Positions 10,021 to 19,610 of a DNA stretch of 64,000 nt are shown piece after piece. The stretch is from Candidatus Latescibacterota bacterium (lineage in GTDB: Bacteria; Latescibacterota; UBA2968; GCA-2709665): NCBI GenBank assembly GCA_965203805.1, contig OZ241917.1, forward strand, positions 4,224,001-4,288,000, in the 5' to 3' direction. Both the position numbers and the translations under genes were made by a program. Every line of letters starts with the position of its first letter. Positions within the stretch are counted from its first letter, which is position 1. The notes under the pieces were generated by a model that did not search any database, had not been told where the DNA came from, and saw only the letters and a program-made list of their open reading frames with translations.

Positions 10021-11344
10021 GATCCCAGACCTCCCTACGTAAACTGTTTCGCAGCAACTCGGCACCCATACTTCCATTCAAAAAATCGAATGACCGGCTG
10101 CGGACTTTCTCGTTGAGGAACGCCGCCATCCTGTAAAGGTCATGGTACTCGTATCGGGTGATTCCGTTATGCTCGGCGAACGGAAATCTGTGAGGGGACA
10201 GATCAGCGTACGAAAGATCGTCAAGATACTCCTTATGTTGTTCGTACAGTTCTGTTCCCGGCGTTGCGGTGTATGGCTTGAGGATGACACTTCCAAACGT
10301 CCTGAGAACGGTGAAACAACGATGGACGATCCCTTCCAGGGTTTCGCCAGGGCGCCCAATCCATACGAATCCGCAAGTCCTGTTTCCGTCCGCAAGATCA
10401 ATCCCCGCTTCCAGTAAGTGGGCTCTACACTGCTTGTATACGACCTCGTCTAGATCCAATTCCTCCTCGGACTGCTCAAAGTGAAGCTCCGCGAACGTAC
10501 GATCTGCGAACATCCTCGCTAAGTCTGGTGTGACCCGTTCGGGATGCAGCCCTGACACCGCATGAAACTGCAGATGTGGGTGGAGTCCTTTCGTACTCTC
10601 GACGATCTCTCGAAGTAGCTTGCCCTCGTCGCGACAAATGTCGTCCTCGGCATCAAACACGGCAACGCGAAATATTCCAAGATCGATTGCTTCCCTAATC
10701 GTGGGAATGGCCGTAGCTGGATTGAGAGTAATCGAAACGAACGACGGTTTTTCGCCTTTGTAGAGCTTCAGTGATGATCCATTGTCGGCATGCCTAAGTG
10801 GCGTCCTGACGAACAAGTCGGCATCACAAAAGTCTACTGCGTTGTCCAGCATAAATCGTGGGTAATTGCCCAGTACCGCCAGTTTCGCGTCTGGAAGCCA
10901 AAGGCGTAGCTTCGTGCATAATTGGTGAATGCTGGCGAACCAATAGCTGCACAGCGAAGTAATCCACACTTGAGTTGGCTCGTTTCGCTCGCCTTCAGCA
11001 CGTCGCTCGACGACCCAATCCTTGAGTGCGTCGAATGGTTTTCCGAATCTCCACATTGGATATTTGTAAGCAAATTGACCATTGCCGACTTGCTTGTATC
11101 TCTCTCGCCCGTTCAACGCTTTTTTTTGTACGCGGCCTTTGTTGTTCGGCACCATGAAGTCAAACAGCTCAACCCCACATCCCTTGCTGTTGTTGAGATA
11201 CGCCCCAATTCCGAGTAGGTCCAATGGTTGATTCCACTGCAGCCAGCTATAGCGTGTCTCGAACACTGGCGGGTTTACCAGCAGTATCCTGTCGCGCTCT
11301 TCGACTTGGTTCAGTAGTATTTGTCCTGTGACAGAATTAGTCAT
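9989..11344 (-). CDS. B12-radical-SAM paralogue lacking the CxxxCxxC loop (probable pseudo-enzyme or partner subunit)
   Basis: Colinear with 8452..10020 along its whole length (LLVNPP, QPLDLL, VWITSLCSYW, IGRPGETL, GSVILKPYTATPGTELY, LNEKVRSRSFDF), but about 25 aa containing the Fe-S motif are absent. Overlaps both neighbours. Confidence 0.8.
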   Translation of the reverse strand: MTNSVTGQILLNQVEERDRILLVNPPVFETRYSWLQWNQPLDLLGIGAYLNNSKGCGVELFDFMVPNNKGRVQKKALNGRERYKQVGNGQFAYKYPMWRFGKPFDALKDWVVERRAEGERNEPTQVWITSLCSYWFASIHQLCTKLRLWLPDAKLAVLGNYPRFMLDNAVDFCDADLFVRTPLRHADNGSSLKLYKGEKPSFVSITLNPATAIPTIREAIDLGIFRVAVFDAEDDICRDEGKLLREIVESTKGLHPHLQFHAVSGLHPERVTPDLARMFADRTFAELHFEQSEEELDLDEVVYKQCRAHLLEAGIDLADGNRTCGFVWIGRPGETLEGIVHRCFTVLRTFGSVILKPYTATPGTELYEQHKEYLDDLSYADLSPHRFPFAEHNGITRYEYHDLYRMAAFLNEKVRSRSFDFLNGSMGAELLRNSLRREVWDLEAFPLSVID

Positions 11345-13328
11345 TGGATTGCATCGTGAAAGACAATAGTGTCACGGCCATTTCCATCATCTGTTCGGCG
11401 TCGCCTTCCGCCGCTGTGCGTGCCAATACCAATGCCAGGGCGGTGCGTAGGAATCCCCGCTCATCCATCTGGGACTTTGCAGCATGGCCCCAATTAACGT
11501 GAATTCTGTCCCGCTTGAAGTCTATTTCAGCGATGGGTTGGCTCGCCGTGCCCTTCTTGTGTACGACGTCGAACCGCCGTTTGAACAACATAATACCGTT
11601 GTCCCATTCAGGTCGCGATACGTCGATTGTCACCTGTTTTTTTTCATAGTCTATTGTTGCTGCTTCTGACTGACGACTTGCCTGATTTACGGCCATACCA
11701 GCCACTTTGTTGGGAACGTCAAATCCTGCCGGCTTCGCAGATGCTAACCCGTTCGGGCGCGGGCTGTTCGACTTGAGCATATCCCGTATCGCGTTGGCTT
11801 GTTGTCCGCCTTCGGTCATAAGGTGAGTTATCCCCGCCGACACATCATCCATCGCACGCCGGATGTACGCCGCGCGACTCAACGTGCTATCGATTGACGA
11901 CCTCGCCTGGCTTCGTTTTAGGACTGCATCAATGGTCCTGCCGAGATATCCGCCAACCCTTTCACCCTCTCCCCGGAAATACTTACGCAAGGTGAGAAAA
12001 TCACCACTCTCCTCGTAAAAGCCCTCGCGACCAGGATTGATCGCATCTACCGCGTCCAAGCCGCTCAGCACATTTATCTCACCCGTGATCTGGCTCAATG
12101 CGGCCTTGTGGGCTCCAGTAAGAAGGAATTCGGCGCCGAGAAAGGTCGGATCGCCGATTGCGACACCTTGGACACGTATAGAAACGCCTCGATACTCGGC
12201 CGGGAACACAACGCTTTCGTAGCCGAGAAGGAATCCTTTCGCGATAAGACCACCCTCGTTTATGTCTACTGCCGTGATCATATCCTTGTATAGCGTCGCT
12301 GCGTCCGGTTCGAACGGATAGAGTGGACGAGCCAACTCTCTCTCCGAATTGCCGTGCCGGAGAGTCACTTTTTCCAGTGTGGGTGGCGATGCATCCTCCA
12401 AGAGGGCTTCAAGATGTTCAGCTTGATCTGGCGCCGTCGTGTACCCGATTGGTGTACATCGTGACAAATGCCACGCGACCTGTTCAAAGCCGCTGCGACT
12501 GGCAACATTTCGAACGAAGCCCTTCCGGCGCCCGGCTCGGAGTTCGCGCTTTACAAACGACTTGAGTCCCTCTATTGCGACCGTTGTCCCTCCCGTCGAT
12601 TCCCGCTGCAGCTCTTGAATTTCGATCAACGCGAAATCGGACAGTTTTTCAAGGTCGGCAGAATCCGCGAGCTTGAGCAAGCGATCAAAGTCCAGAGTCG
12701 CTCGAAAACCCAACCTAGTGCAGTCGATGTCAAATTCAATGTCAACCTCACCGAAATCCTTCTTGAAGTCGAGACTACCAGTCTTCGCGTTCAACTCGTA
12801 GTCGGTTGCATCAACCTTCAGCCGTTTTCCAGATTGGATCACCTCGAAACTGCACAACCTATTGAGTAACTGCGGGTCAATGGGTACGCCCAGAGCGCTG
12901 ACGAGATCTATGGACGGGTATGCCTTTACGATCGAATGTGTCCGTTTGAACTGACGAGGACTGCTTGAAGTGATGATCATCCGGTGGCAGTAGCGTGCGA
13001 GCGCGAGGAATCCTATCCCTTTGTTCCCGATGCGGCTTCGATTTTTCTTTGGCGTCCTTTCCCCTGACCATTTACGACTGCTGCCGCCGATTCGAGTGAA
13101 GTCGCATCTGAACTCAAACGGACTCATCCCGTTGCCGTCATCCGATATCGTGGCAGACGTGAAGTCGTCAGCAAACTCGATCGAAACTTCTGTCGCGTCG
13201 GCATCGTAAGCGTTACTGACGAGTTCCTTGAACGCTTTGACGAACGGCTTATAGACGCCGGACAGCTCTCGAAGAATCGAAGGATCAACGCCTCCAACGC
13301 TCATTCCATGTTTCGATGCTTCTCTCAC
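11337..13328 (-). CDS. MORC-like GHKL ATPase (HATPase_c_3) with S5-like domain
   Basis: KELVSNAYDADA, DDGNGM, RIGNKGIG, GTTV; ITGEINV..INPGREGF; 8-nt overlap with the next gene. Confidence 0.85.
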   Translation of the reverse strand: MREASKHGMSVGGVDPSILRELSGVYKPFVKAFKELVSNAYDADATEVSIEFADDFTSATISDDGNGMSPFEFRCDFTRIGGSSRKWSGERTPKKNRSRIGNKGIGFLALARYCHRMIITSSSPRQFKRTHSIVKAYPSIDLVSALGVPIDPQLLNRLCSFEVIQSGKRLKVDATDYELNAKTGSLDFKKDFGEVDIEFDIDCTRLGFRATLDFDRLLKLADSADLEKLSDFALIEIQELQRESTGGTTVAIEGLKSFVKRELRAGRRKGFVRNVASRSGFEQVAWHLSRCTPIGYTTAPDQAEHLEALLEDASPPTLEKVTLRHGNSERELARPLYPFEPDAATLYKDMITAVDINEGGLIAKGFLLGYESVVFPAEYRGVSIRVQGVAIGDPTFLGAEFLLTGAHKAALSQITGEINVLSGLDAVDAINPGREGFYEESGDFLTLRKYFRGEGERVGGYLGRTIDAVLKRSQARSSIDSTLSRAAYIRRAMDDVSAGITHLMTEGGQQANAIRDMLKSNSPRPNGLASAKPAGFDVPNKVAGMAVNQASRQSEAATIDYEKKQVTIDVSRPEWDNGIMLFKRRFDVVHKKGTASQPIAEIDFKRDRIHVNWGHAAKSQMDERGFLRTALALVLARTAAEGDAEQMMEMAVTLLSFTMQSND

Positions 13329-13682
13329 GCAATTTGCCCGATTCCACCGGTGGTTAGGACATTAAAAAAACGTGGTTTCTTTTTCCCAGGCAAGGGGAAT
13401 TTGGATGCGAAATTGGCAGAGTTGCGGGCCTCCAACACCCACAATCGCGTTGCTGCATGTGAGCATTCACCGACGATTCCACGCGACGAGAGGCAACTCA
13501 TCCCAGGTCATGTTGGTCCACTGTGTACGTGTTCAGTTGACTGCATAGTTCCCGTATTGGTATGTCTTTTCTATAAATACCAACTAATTGCGATCTTTGC
13601 AATACCGGCTGCAGACCTTGTTAATGAAATGGAAGGTCTACAGCGAAAAAGTGCGATTTTCCTGGTGATTCCAAAGCAGCCC

Positions 13683-14561
13683 CTACCCTTTCTCATCCAT
13701 AAACGCCTCGTATAGCGCCAGTGGTTGGGACATCGAGTCGTCGATTTCGGTGACGGCGAACCGGACCTCCACGGTACGTTCGTCGCCAACGCGGAAATCG
13801 TCCCCGAACAGCGAGAGGTAGAGGGGGTTCTGGTCCCTGAACGGGTCCTTCATGTTCTCGCTCTCGTACCCGCTGATCACCGCATAGCAGTCCTGCGGGC
13901 GCGACATCAGCACGCCCGCAATGCCTTTCTCCAGGTTCGCGCTCATGATCACGGGCGCCTCGAAATACCGTTGCGGATTCCACTGGTAGAGGCCCCAGAT
14001 CCGGTCCCATCGCCCGTCGGTCGACCGCCGGGCCGCGTGCTGGTCCCTCGAGAAGACCAGTCCCGTTCCCACGAAGACGTCGTTCACCTCCGGCGCGATC
14101 CACCGCGCCCGGTCCGCGGGAATGTCGAACGGACTGCCCTGAACGTACACGTACGGCCGCAGCGACAGATCGAAATAGTTCGACAGGAACACTTCGTAGG
14201 CCGGGTAGGGCCAGTTGGACTTCACGGTAATGGACAGGTCCACCGCATTGGGCTCGACCACCTCGTACCTGGCCGTCATCTCCGCCTTGTGATCGTCCGT
14301 CGGCGCCCAGTGCACGTCGATCGCATTGCCCCCGGACGTGATGCTGCGCGCGTTTTCCCGGGCCTGCCCCATGCAGTGATTCTGTGAAAACATGAAAAAC
14401 AGATTCAGGAGGTCGTACTTCGGATGAACCACCTGTGCGCCCGTCGGTTTGTGCGTCAATTCCTTGATCCCATGCCGGTCCCCGTCCGGCTGAATGTGCC
14501 CCGCCATCTGCTCCGTATCAAAGTGCCACACGTTCTGTTCCGCATCGTGCCTCAGCGCCAT
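13683..14561 (-). CDS. Hypothetical protein, beta-rich (possibly mutarotase-like fold)
   Basis: Clean ORF with host-like GC3 bias; AAAGGAGG RBS before ATG 14561. Confidence 0.6.
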   Translation of the reverse strand: MALRHDAEQNVWHFDTEQMAGHIQPDGDRHGIKELTHKPTGAQVVHPKYDLLNLFFMFSQNHCMGQARENARSITSGGNAIDVHWAPTDDHKAEMTARYEVVEPNAVDLSITVKSNWPYPAYEVFLSNYFDLSLRPYVYVQGSPFDIPADRARWIAPEVNDVFVGTGLVFSRDQHAARRSTDGRWDRIWGLYQWNPQRYFEAPVIMSANLEKGIAGVLMSRPQDCYAVISGYESENMKDPFRDQNPLYLSLFGDDFRVGDERTVEVRFAVTEIDDSMSQPLALYEAFMDEKG

Positions 14562-14610
14562 CTCAACGCCTCCTTTCAGATCTCCAGCCAAAACCGGGTC
14601 GCGGGCCCTC

Positions 14611-17145
14611 TCACGTGAGTCTCAGACATCTCGAAAACCCGTACGGATGCGCCGGAAGCAGGGCGCCGGGCATCGGCGGCGTTTCACGGACTATCGCCTG
14701 CCTGGCGGGCGCCTCGTATCCGGCGACCCATGCCTCCACCGTCAGTTCGTCGAGATCGTCACCGGTTATGTCCAGCGTTACGGACGCCCATCCACTTTCG
14801 TGAATGGTGAACAGATAGTCGTCACGTTCCCTCGGTCCCACGGGAGGCAGGAACCTGGCCGATCCGTGGCTGCTCCGCCCCTGCCGGTGGATGCGCTGGC
14901 TCACATAGGCGTATCGCGCCGGCACACCCTTGTACCGCGACCCGCCGGCTCGGACGTGCACGCCGTCCAGCACCTTTTCCGGTCCGTGCAGGACAACCTG
15001 CAGTTCCGGACGCTCGAATCGATGGGGAACCGCAACGTACCATTGCCTCCTGTGGGTACCGTCATTCAATTCGTCGCAGGTCGTCTCGGCGGATAGACCG
15101 GGGATTTGCATATCTGGATGTACCGCGGGACCCACGTCGCCCGTAAGCCGCCGGTCCCCTGGAAACAGGTATTCACATCCGCCATCGCACAACCGGGCCA
15201 TGAACGCCGCGCCGGGAATCGGCGACGCGTCCTCCTGTGCGTCGGCGAAGAATTTCAACAACCGCACTTCGTTCCCCAATATCGTCACCGACCCTTCCAG
15301 GTCCTGGCAGAAGGGATAGACCTGCCGAATCGTGCCCGGCGCATATCCCAATTCATCGTCCTGACCGAGATCCACGACCTGTGGTTCAGGGGAAGGATTT
15401 CTGAGCAGGAGCCAGGCGCTTCCGTCCGACGGATGCAGGAAGCCGTACACCTCGCCGAAGGCCGGATTCCCCAGCACCATCCGCGTCTCCTTCGTCCCCA
15501 ACGCGTCCGCGTTGAATCGCATCCAGTCCATCATCGCCTGCAAGTGTTCCGCCCGGTCCGCCCTCAGGCTTTCGGGATTTATAGGCATCGGCATATAGGT
15601 GGTGCCGCGGCAGGCCGCCAGCACCAGATTGTCCAGCCATGTATGGGGCGGATCGCCGAACGCGTTGGTCAACGCCTGTACGAATTCGTGATTGTCATAC
15701 GCGTCGAAGAAGATCGGCGTCTCCGCACGGCGCATGATCTGATAATAAACCGTGTCCCGATGCGTCAGGGCCCGGTCGCGCTGGGTGCGAGACGGCCACG
15801 ACGCGTATTCACAATCTCCCGAGTGAACCAGCCATACGTGGTTCGCCAGACACAGCCACCAGGGGCTGGGCCACCACCCGTTCCGCGTCACCAGGTCCGG
15901 GTTGACGGCCCGAAGCCGGCGGTCGATCCTGTTGAACGCGTTCACCGACGCCTCGCGCATGTGATCGGGTGACGGGTAGCGGTCCGCAAAGTCGGGATGG
16001 GTGGCGCACTCGTTGTCCCAATCGATCTTCAAATGAACGGCCCCCACGTCTCCCACCAGCGCCTCCCAGCGCCGGGCGAGGGCTTCTTCGAAGGAAGGCT
16101 GCGCCATCACCACAAAAGTACCGCTTCCGTAGGAACCTGGACCTTCGCCGACCCGCCATCCCTGCTCCTGAATCCAATCGGTGTCGAATCCCACCGGACC
16201 GTTGTGCGTGACCCACAACGCCAGCGAGAATCCCGTTTGTTTCAGATCCTCGGAAAACGCGACGAGCCGGGAATCGTCCTCGTCGTCGCCCTTGTGCCGG
16301 TAGATTGTCTTCCTGTCGAACCAGCCCGCGTCAAACGCGAGAGAATCCGGCTTCAGGCCCAGGTCCGAAACCGCCTCTGCGTAGGCCTGGTTCATTTCGA
16401 ACGAGTCGAGATACTCCCGATTGCCCAGATAACGGACCGACCATCCCACCGAAAGATGGAATATCGGCTTTGACAGCCGGGGCAGGCGGATCTGCCACAT
16501 GTAGTCCATGAATGCGTCTCGCACGGCCTGGTGGCTCTCCGCCGCGCCGTAGACCGCGGTGTAGCTCTCGATGCGTCGTTCATCGTCCCAAACCGGGTGG
16601 TGGAAGAGCTCCAGCCTGTCTCCAGGAACCACAAAGCCCACCGGATGCTCCAGCCCGGCAAACCAGTCTCCGGCCCACACCGGATACCCGCAGCCCGGTA
16701 CAGGCGGGGCGTACGAGTCGAGCCCGGACTGTTCTTCCGCGCCCGGCCCGCCTCGGACACCGTATCCCACGCGTCTCATGGGCCTTGGAGGACTGTCCTG
16801 AATGTCCACCCAGAGCCGGTCCGGCGTGGGCGCGCCCGGACTTTCCGGGGCCTCGAGCGTCAACTGTTTACTGAACCAGGGATCCTCTCCATCGATCCAG
16901 TACCGCACCCGGGCTCGAATGCCGGTCGTTTCGTGGCGGTAATCAAACGCAATCTCATTCTTACCGGGTTCAACACCGGTCCGGACAAACAGGTCCGCCG
17001 GAATCTCCACGTCGCCGAGCCGGATCATGAACGCGGGAAAGTCGAACGCGCGGCGCGAGCCCGACAGCCGATTCTCCAACTGCAGATGTCCGCCCTCCCA
17101 TCGCAGACAGAGGGCGTTGTTTTCGAGTACCCAATGATCGGTCAC
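14611..17145 (-). CDS. Putative glycoside hydrolase, clan GH-D (GH27/36-like) TIM barrel
   Basis: LAFDAGWF and HLKIDWD resemble the DDGW and KxD motifs; GGAGG RBS before GTG. Confidence 0.55.
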   Translation of the reverse strand: MTDHWVLENNALCLRWEGGHLQLENRLSGSRRAFDFPAFMIRLGDVEIPADLFVRTGVEPGKNEIAFDYRHETTGIRARVRYWIDGEDPWFSKQLTLEAPESPGAPTPDRLWVDIQDSPPRPMRRVGYGVRGGPGAEEQSGLDSYAPPVPGCGYPVWAGDWFAGLEHPVGFVVPGDRLELFHHPVWDDERRIESYTAVYGAAESHQAVRDAFMDYMWQIRLPRLSKPIFHLSVGWSVRYLGNREYLDSFEMNQAYAEAVSDLGLKPDSLAFDAGWFDRKTIYRHKGDDEDDSRLVAFSEDLKQTGFSLALWVTHNGPVGFDTDWIQEQGWRVGEGPGSYGSGTFVVMAQPSFEEALARRWEALVGDVGAVHLKIDWDNECATHPDFADRYPSPDHMREASVNAFNRIDRRLRAVNPDLVTRNGWWPSPWWLCLANHVWLVHSGDCEYASWPSRTQRDRALTHRDTVYYQIMRRAETPIFFDAYDNHEFVQALTNAFGDPPHTWLDNLVLAACRGTTYMPMPINPESLRADRAEHLQAMMDWMRFNADALGTKETRMVLGNPAFGEVYGFLHPSDGSAWLLLRNPSPEPQVVDLGQDDELGYAPGTIRQVYPFCQDLEGSVTILGNEVRLLKFFADAQEDASPIPGAAFMARLCDGGCEYLFPGDRRLTGDVGPAVHPDMQIPGLSAETTCDELNDGTHRRQWYVAVPHRFERPELQVVLHGPEKVLDGVHVRAGGSRYKGVPARYAYVSQRIHRQGRSSHGSARFLPPVGPRERDDYLFTIHESGWASVTLDITGDDLDELTVEAWVAGYEAPARQAIVRETPPMPGALLPAHPYGFSRCLRLT

Positions 17146-17165
17146 GGAATTACCTCCAGGTCTCC

Positions 17166-19580
17166 CTATCCTGTGCGAATCGTCTGCCCCGCGCCGATAG
17201 AATGCTCGTCGCCGGTACCTTCACCACTCACGATCTCCACGACCAATTGACCGCTGCCGGTGTTCGTCACGTGGATCCCGCCGCCGGGCACGGCATCGGC
17301 CCTGATATCTCCATTCGCGCGCAGCGAATGCGTCACGGCCAGCAGACACGCGCTCTCGCTGTTGAGCGAAACGTGGTAGCGCACAATATCGTCAGTTACG
17401 TCGACCGAGGCGCCGGCATACACGAGGACGTCCTCCTGCCGGGCCTGCGTAAATGTACAAACCTTGCGTTTCTCCTCGAAATTCGCCGCCGCGAGGTATC
17501 CGTCCGTTACCAGGCAGGCGCTCCGGTCCGGTCCCGCAAGGACGTCGAGCCGGCTGGCAGGCGTGTCTTCGCGGGCCTGCTCGGGAATCAGCAGCGCGGC
17601 CAGAGACGCGGCTTCCTCGCCCGCCGGCAATGCCCTTGCTTCCGTCTGGTGCGAAAGGGTAAGATCATCGGCGATTGCACGATATGGTTTATAGAAGTGC
17701 CGGTTCAGATAACCCGCCTCGCCGGTGGCCGAAAACACAATGCCGAGGCGGTCGTCGATATTCAGCCATTCCGGCCTGCCGAGGCCGTCCTCGATATCCT
17801 CGTCCTCGCGATCGCCGAGCCAGCCTCTGTAATCGGTTGACCCATCGGGGCGGTACAGTGTGCGGATCCCTCTGCAGTTCGGTTCGAGCAGCGGGAAATG
17901 CTCGTTGGTAATCCGCAGGAACCCCTGGTCGAGCGATTCCAGCGTCAGGTCTTCCAGGGCCGTGAACCGCTCGAAGGACAGCGCCCGCCCATCCGGCAGG
18001 CTGGCGAACAACACCTGCTGCCGCAATGACTCCTGGCACCGGTCCATGGTCATCGCCACCGCAAACCCGTCGTCATAGTCGGTCACGCGCGCCCGCTTCA
18101 AGCGATGGCTGTCCGGGCGCCCCTTTACCACCGGCCTGCCCAGCCAGCTGTCCGAACAGGGCGCGATCGTGTAGATTCCCTCCCTGGTCAACGGCATTGC
18201 CATGACGGAGTTTCGCCACGAAAACGACGTCTGTCCTTTCGGATGACGATGATGGACGAAACCCGCGTGCGGGTATTCACGCACCCCGGCCAGTCGCCGC
18301 TCGAGTTCGTCTTCCGGGGTGGGTTTCGGCCCCGGCCCGAACAGCCGGTGGAACAGGTACTGGTGCGCAACCGCGCTGATGGTGACTTCCCGCATGATCA
18401 TCGGGTCCTGCTGATCGTGCGCCCGTTCCGCAAAGTCCCTGTCGTACATCCGCCCGCCGTTTCCATCCTGCCGCAGTTCCGCGTTCCGGAGCCCTCTGCG
18501 CAGAAGCGCCGCGGCATCCGCGTCGTCGAAGAATACGGCGGCAGCAGCATGCGGGTTCTCGCTGCCGGTTGCGGGCAGATAGTGCCAGTCCATCCCCTGC
18601 ACGGCCTGGGCGTACCCCCACCCGTCGGTCATCGCCTTGAGATTCTCGTAGACCCTGCGCCGGTTCCAGAACAACTCCGGCGGCAGTTCCCGTCCCCACA
18701 GCTTCAATTGCACCCCCGCCGAACTGAGCGGCCGGACGCCCGAAGCGGTGTAGTTCGGATGCACCATCCCGTGGTTTTCCGCCCAGTAGTCCGGCAACGC
18801 CGTGAATATCTTCCCCGCGAGCGCTCCCGCCGTGGTCCGGCCCAATTCGCCGCGGTCCTTCGCGTCCTGCGGCGCCGAGCAGGTGGAATACATCCACCGC
18901 CTGCACGTTGCCTCCCACTCGGCGGCGTCTTCGTGCCGCTCCAGAAACAGATGGCAGGAGGTCAATCCGTTGGACGTCCAGGCATTCTCTTCCATCTGCG
19001 TATCCACGTAGATCCCGCTCTTCGGGGCCATGTTCCCGAATCTGGCGGCATAGTCCGCGTGCACACGCGCCATCATCATCCACGTCTCGTCGTCAATCCG
19101 GTCCCGCAGCAACAGGCATACGCGCGCCAGCGTTGAGATCCCATGGCCGCACTGGCTTTCCTTGAAGAACCCCAGCCCGCGTTCGCCCCACTTGGTACCG
19201 CAAATCTCGGGGCGTCCCAGTCCCACGCTGGGCCTGACGCAGTCAGGGGGCCCGGAGTCGTGCGTGAAACAAAGGTACCTCAGCCCCATAATCGCCATGC
19301 GTTGAAGGTCGCTCCGGGAAACGCCGACCCCTTTCTCGTCGTACTCCGGGGAGATGCTGGCGAGGGCGAATGTCTCCACGGGCGGCGTCGTATCGGCGCC
19401 ATACCAGTGGCACCCGCCGAAGAAGTGCCCGCAGTCCGGGCGGTCCGGCCATTCCTCGAAATACTCGACGCCCGTGGGAATCCACTTCTCCATCATCCGC
19501 AGGTAGCGGCGGCTGAGTTCGTTCTCTTCCGCCGGAAGGAATGGCGCCTTCAGTTCAGTCGTGTCTGACATTCTGACCAT
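17166..19580 (-). CDS. Uncharacterised alpha/alpha-toroid + beta-sandwich protein (PL8/heparinase-like?), paralogue of 24236..26650
   Basis: DTQMEENAW, ENHGMVHPNY and SWRNSVMA are shared with the paralogue; AAGGAG RBS. Confidence 0.6.
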   Translation of the reverse strand: MVRMSDTTELKAPFLPAEENELSRRYLRMMEKWIPTGVEYFEEWPDRPDCGHFFGGCHWYGADTTPPVETFALASISPEYDEKGVGVSRSDLQRMAIMGLRYLCFTHDSGPPDCVRPSVGLGRPEICGTKWGERGLGFFKESQCGHGISTLARVCLLLRDRIDDETWMMMARVHADYAARFGNMAPKSGIYVDTQMEENAWTSNGLTSCHLFLERHEDAAEWEATCRRWMYSTCSAPQDAKDRGELGRTTAGALAGKIFTALPDYWAENHGMVHPNYTASGVRPLSSAGVQLKLWGRELPPELFWNRRRVYENLKAMTDGWGYAQAVQGMDWHYLPATGSENPHAAAAVFFDDADAAALLRRGLRNAELRQDGNGGRMYDRDFAERAHDQQDPMIMREVTISAVAHQYLFHRLFGPGPKPTPEDELERRLAGVREYPHAGFVHHRHPKGQTSFSWRNSVMAMPLTREGIYTIAPCSDSWLGRPVVKGRPDSHRLKRARVTDYDDGFAVAMTMDRCQESLRQQVLFASLPDGRALSFERFTALEDLTLESLDQGFLRITNEHFPLLEPNCRGIRTLYRPDGSTDYRGWLGDREDEDIEDGLGRPEWLNIDDRLGIVFSATGEAGYLNRHFYKPYRAIADDLTLSHQTEARALPAGEEAASLAALLIPEQAREDTPASRLDVLAGPDRSACLVTDGYLAAANFEEKRKVCTFTQARQEDVLVYAGASVDVTDDIVRYHVSLNSESACLLAVTHSLRANGDIRADAVPGGGIHVTNTGSGQLVVEIVSGEGTGDEHSIGAGQTIRTG

Positions 19581-19610
19581 TTCGTTTTCTCCTTGCATCA
19601 AATTAGCCGT

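Noticed and set aside
10021-10077. ORF-track starts that extend into neighbours (10077, 14591, 31790, 39017, 50308, 50936, 61334)
   Set aside because: Downstream starts have better RBS or coupling and match family N-termini.
8452-11344. RiPP or natural-product cluster interpretation of the radical SAM genes
   Set aside because: No convincing precursor peptide, SPASM/RRE domain, transporter, protease or NRPS/PKS nearby; the flanking genes are GHKL ATPases.
6203-13328. Housekeeping HtpG, MutL, GyrB or histidine kinase calls for the two ATPases
   Set aside because: Only the GHKL boxes and an S5-like region match; family-specific motifs and the H-box are absent.
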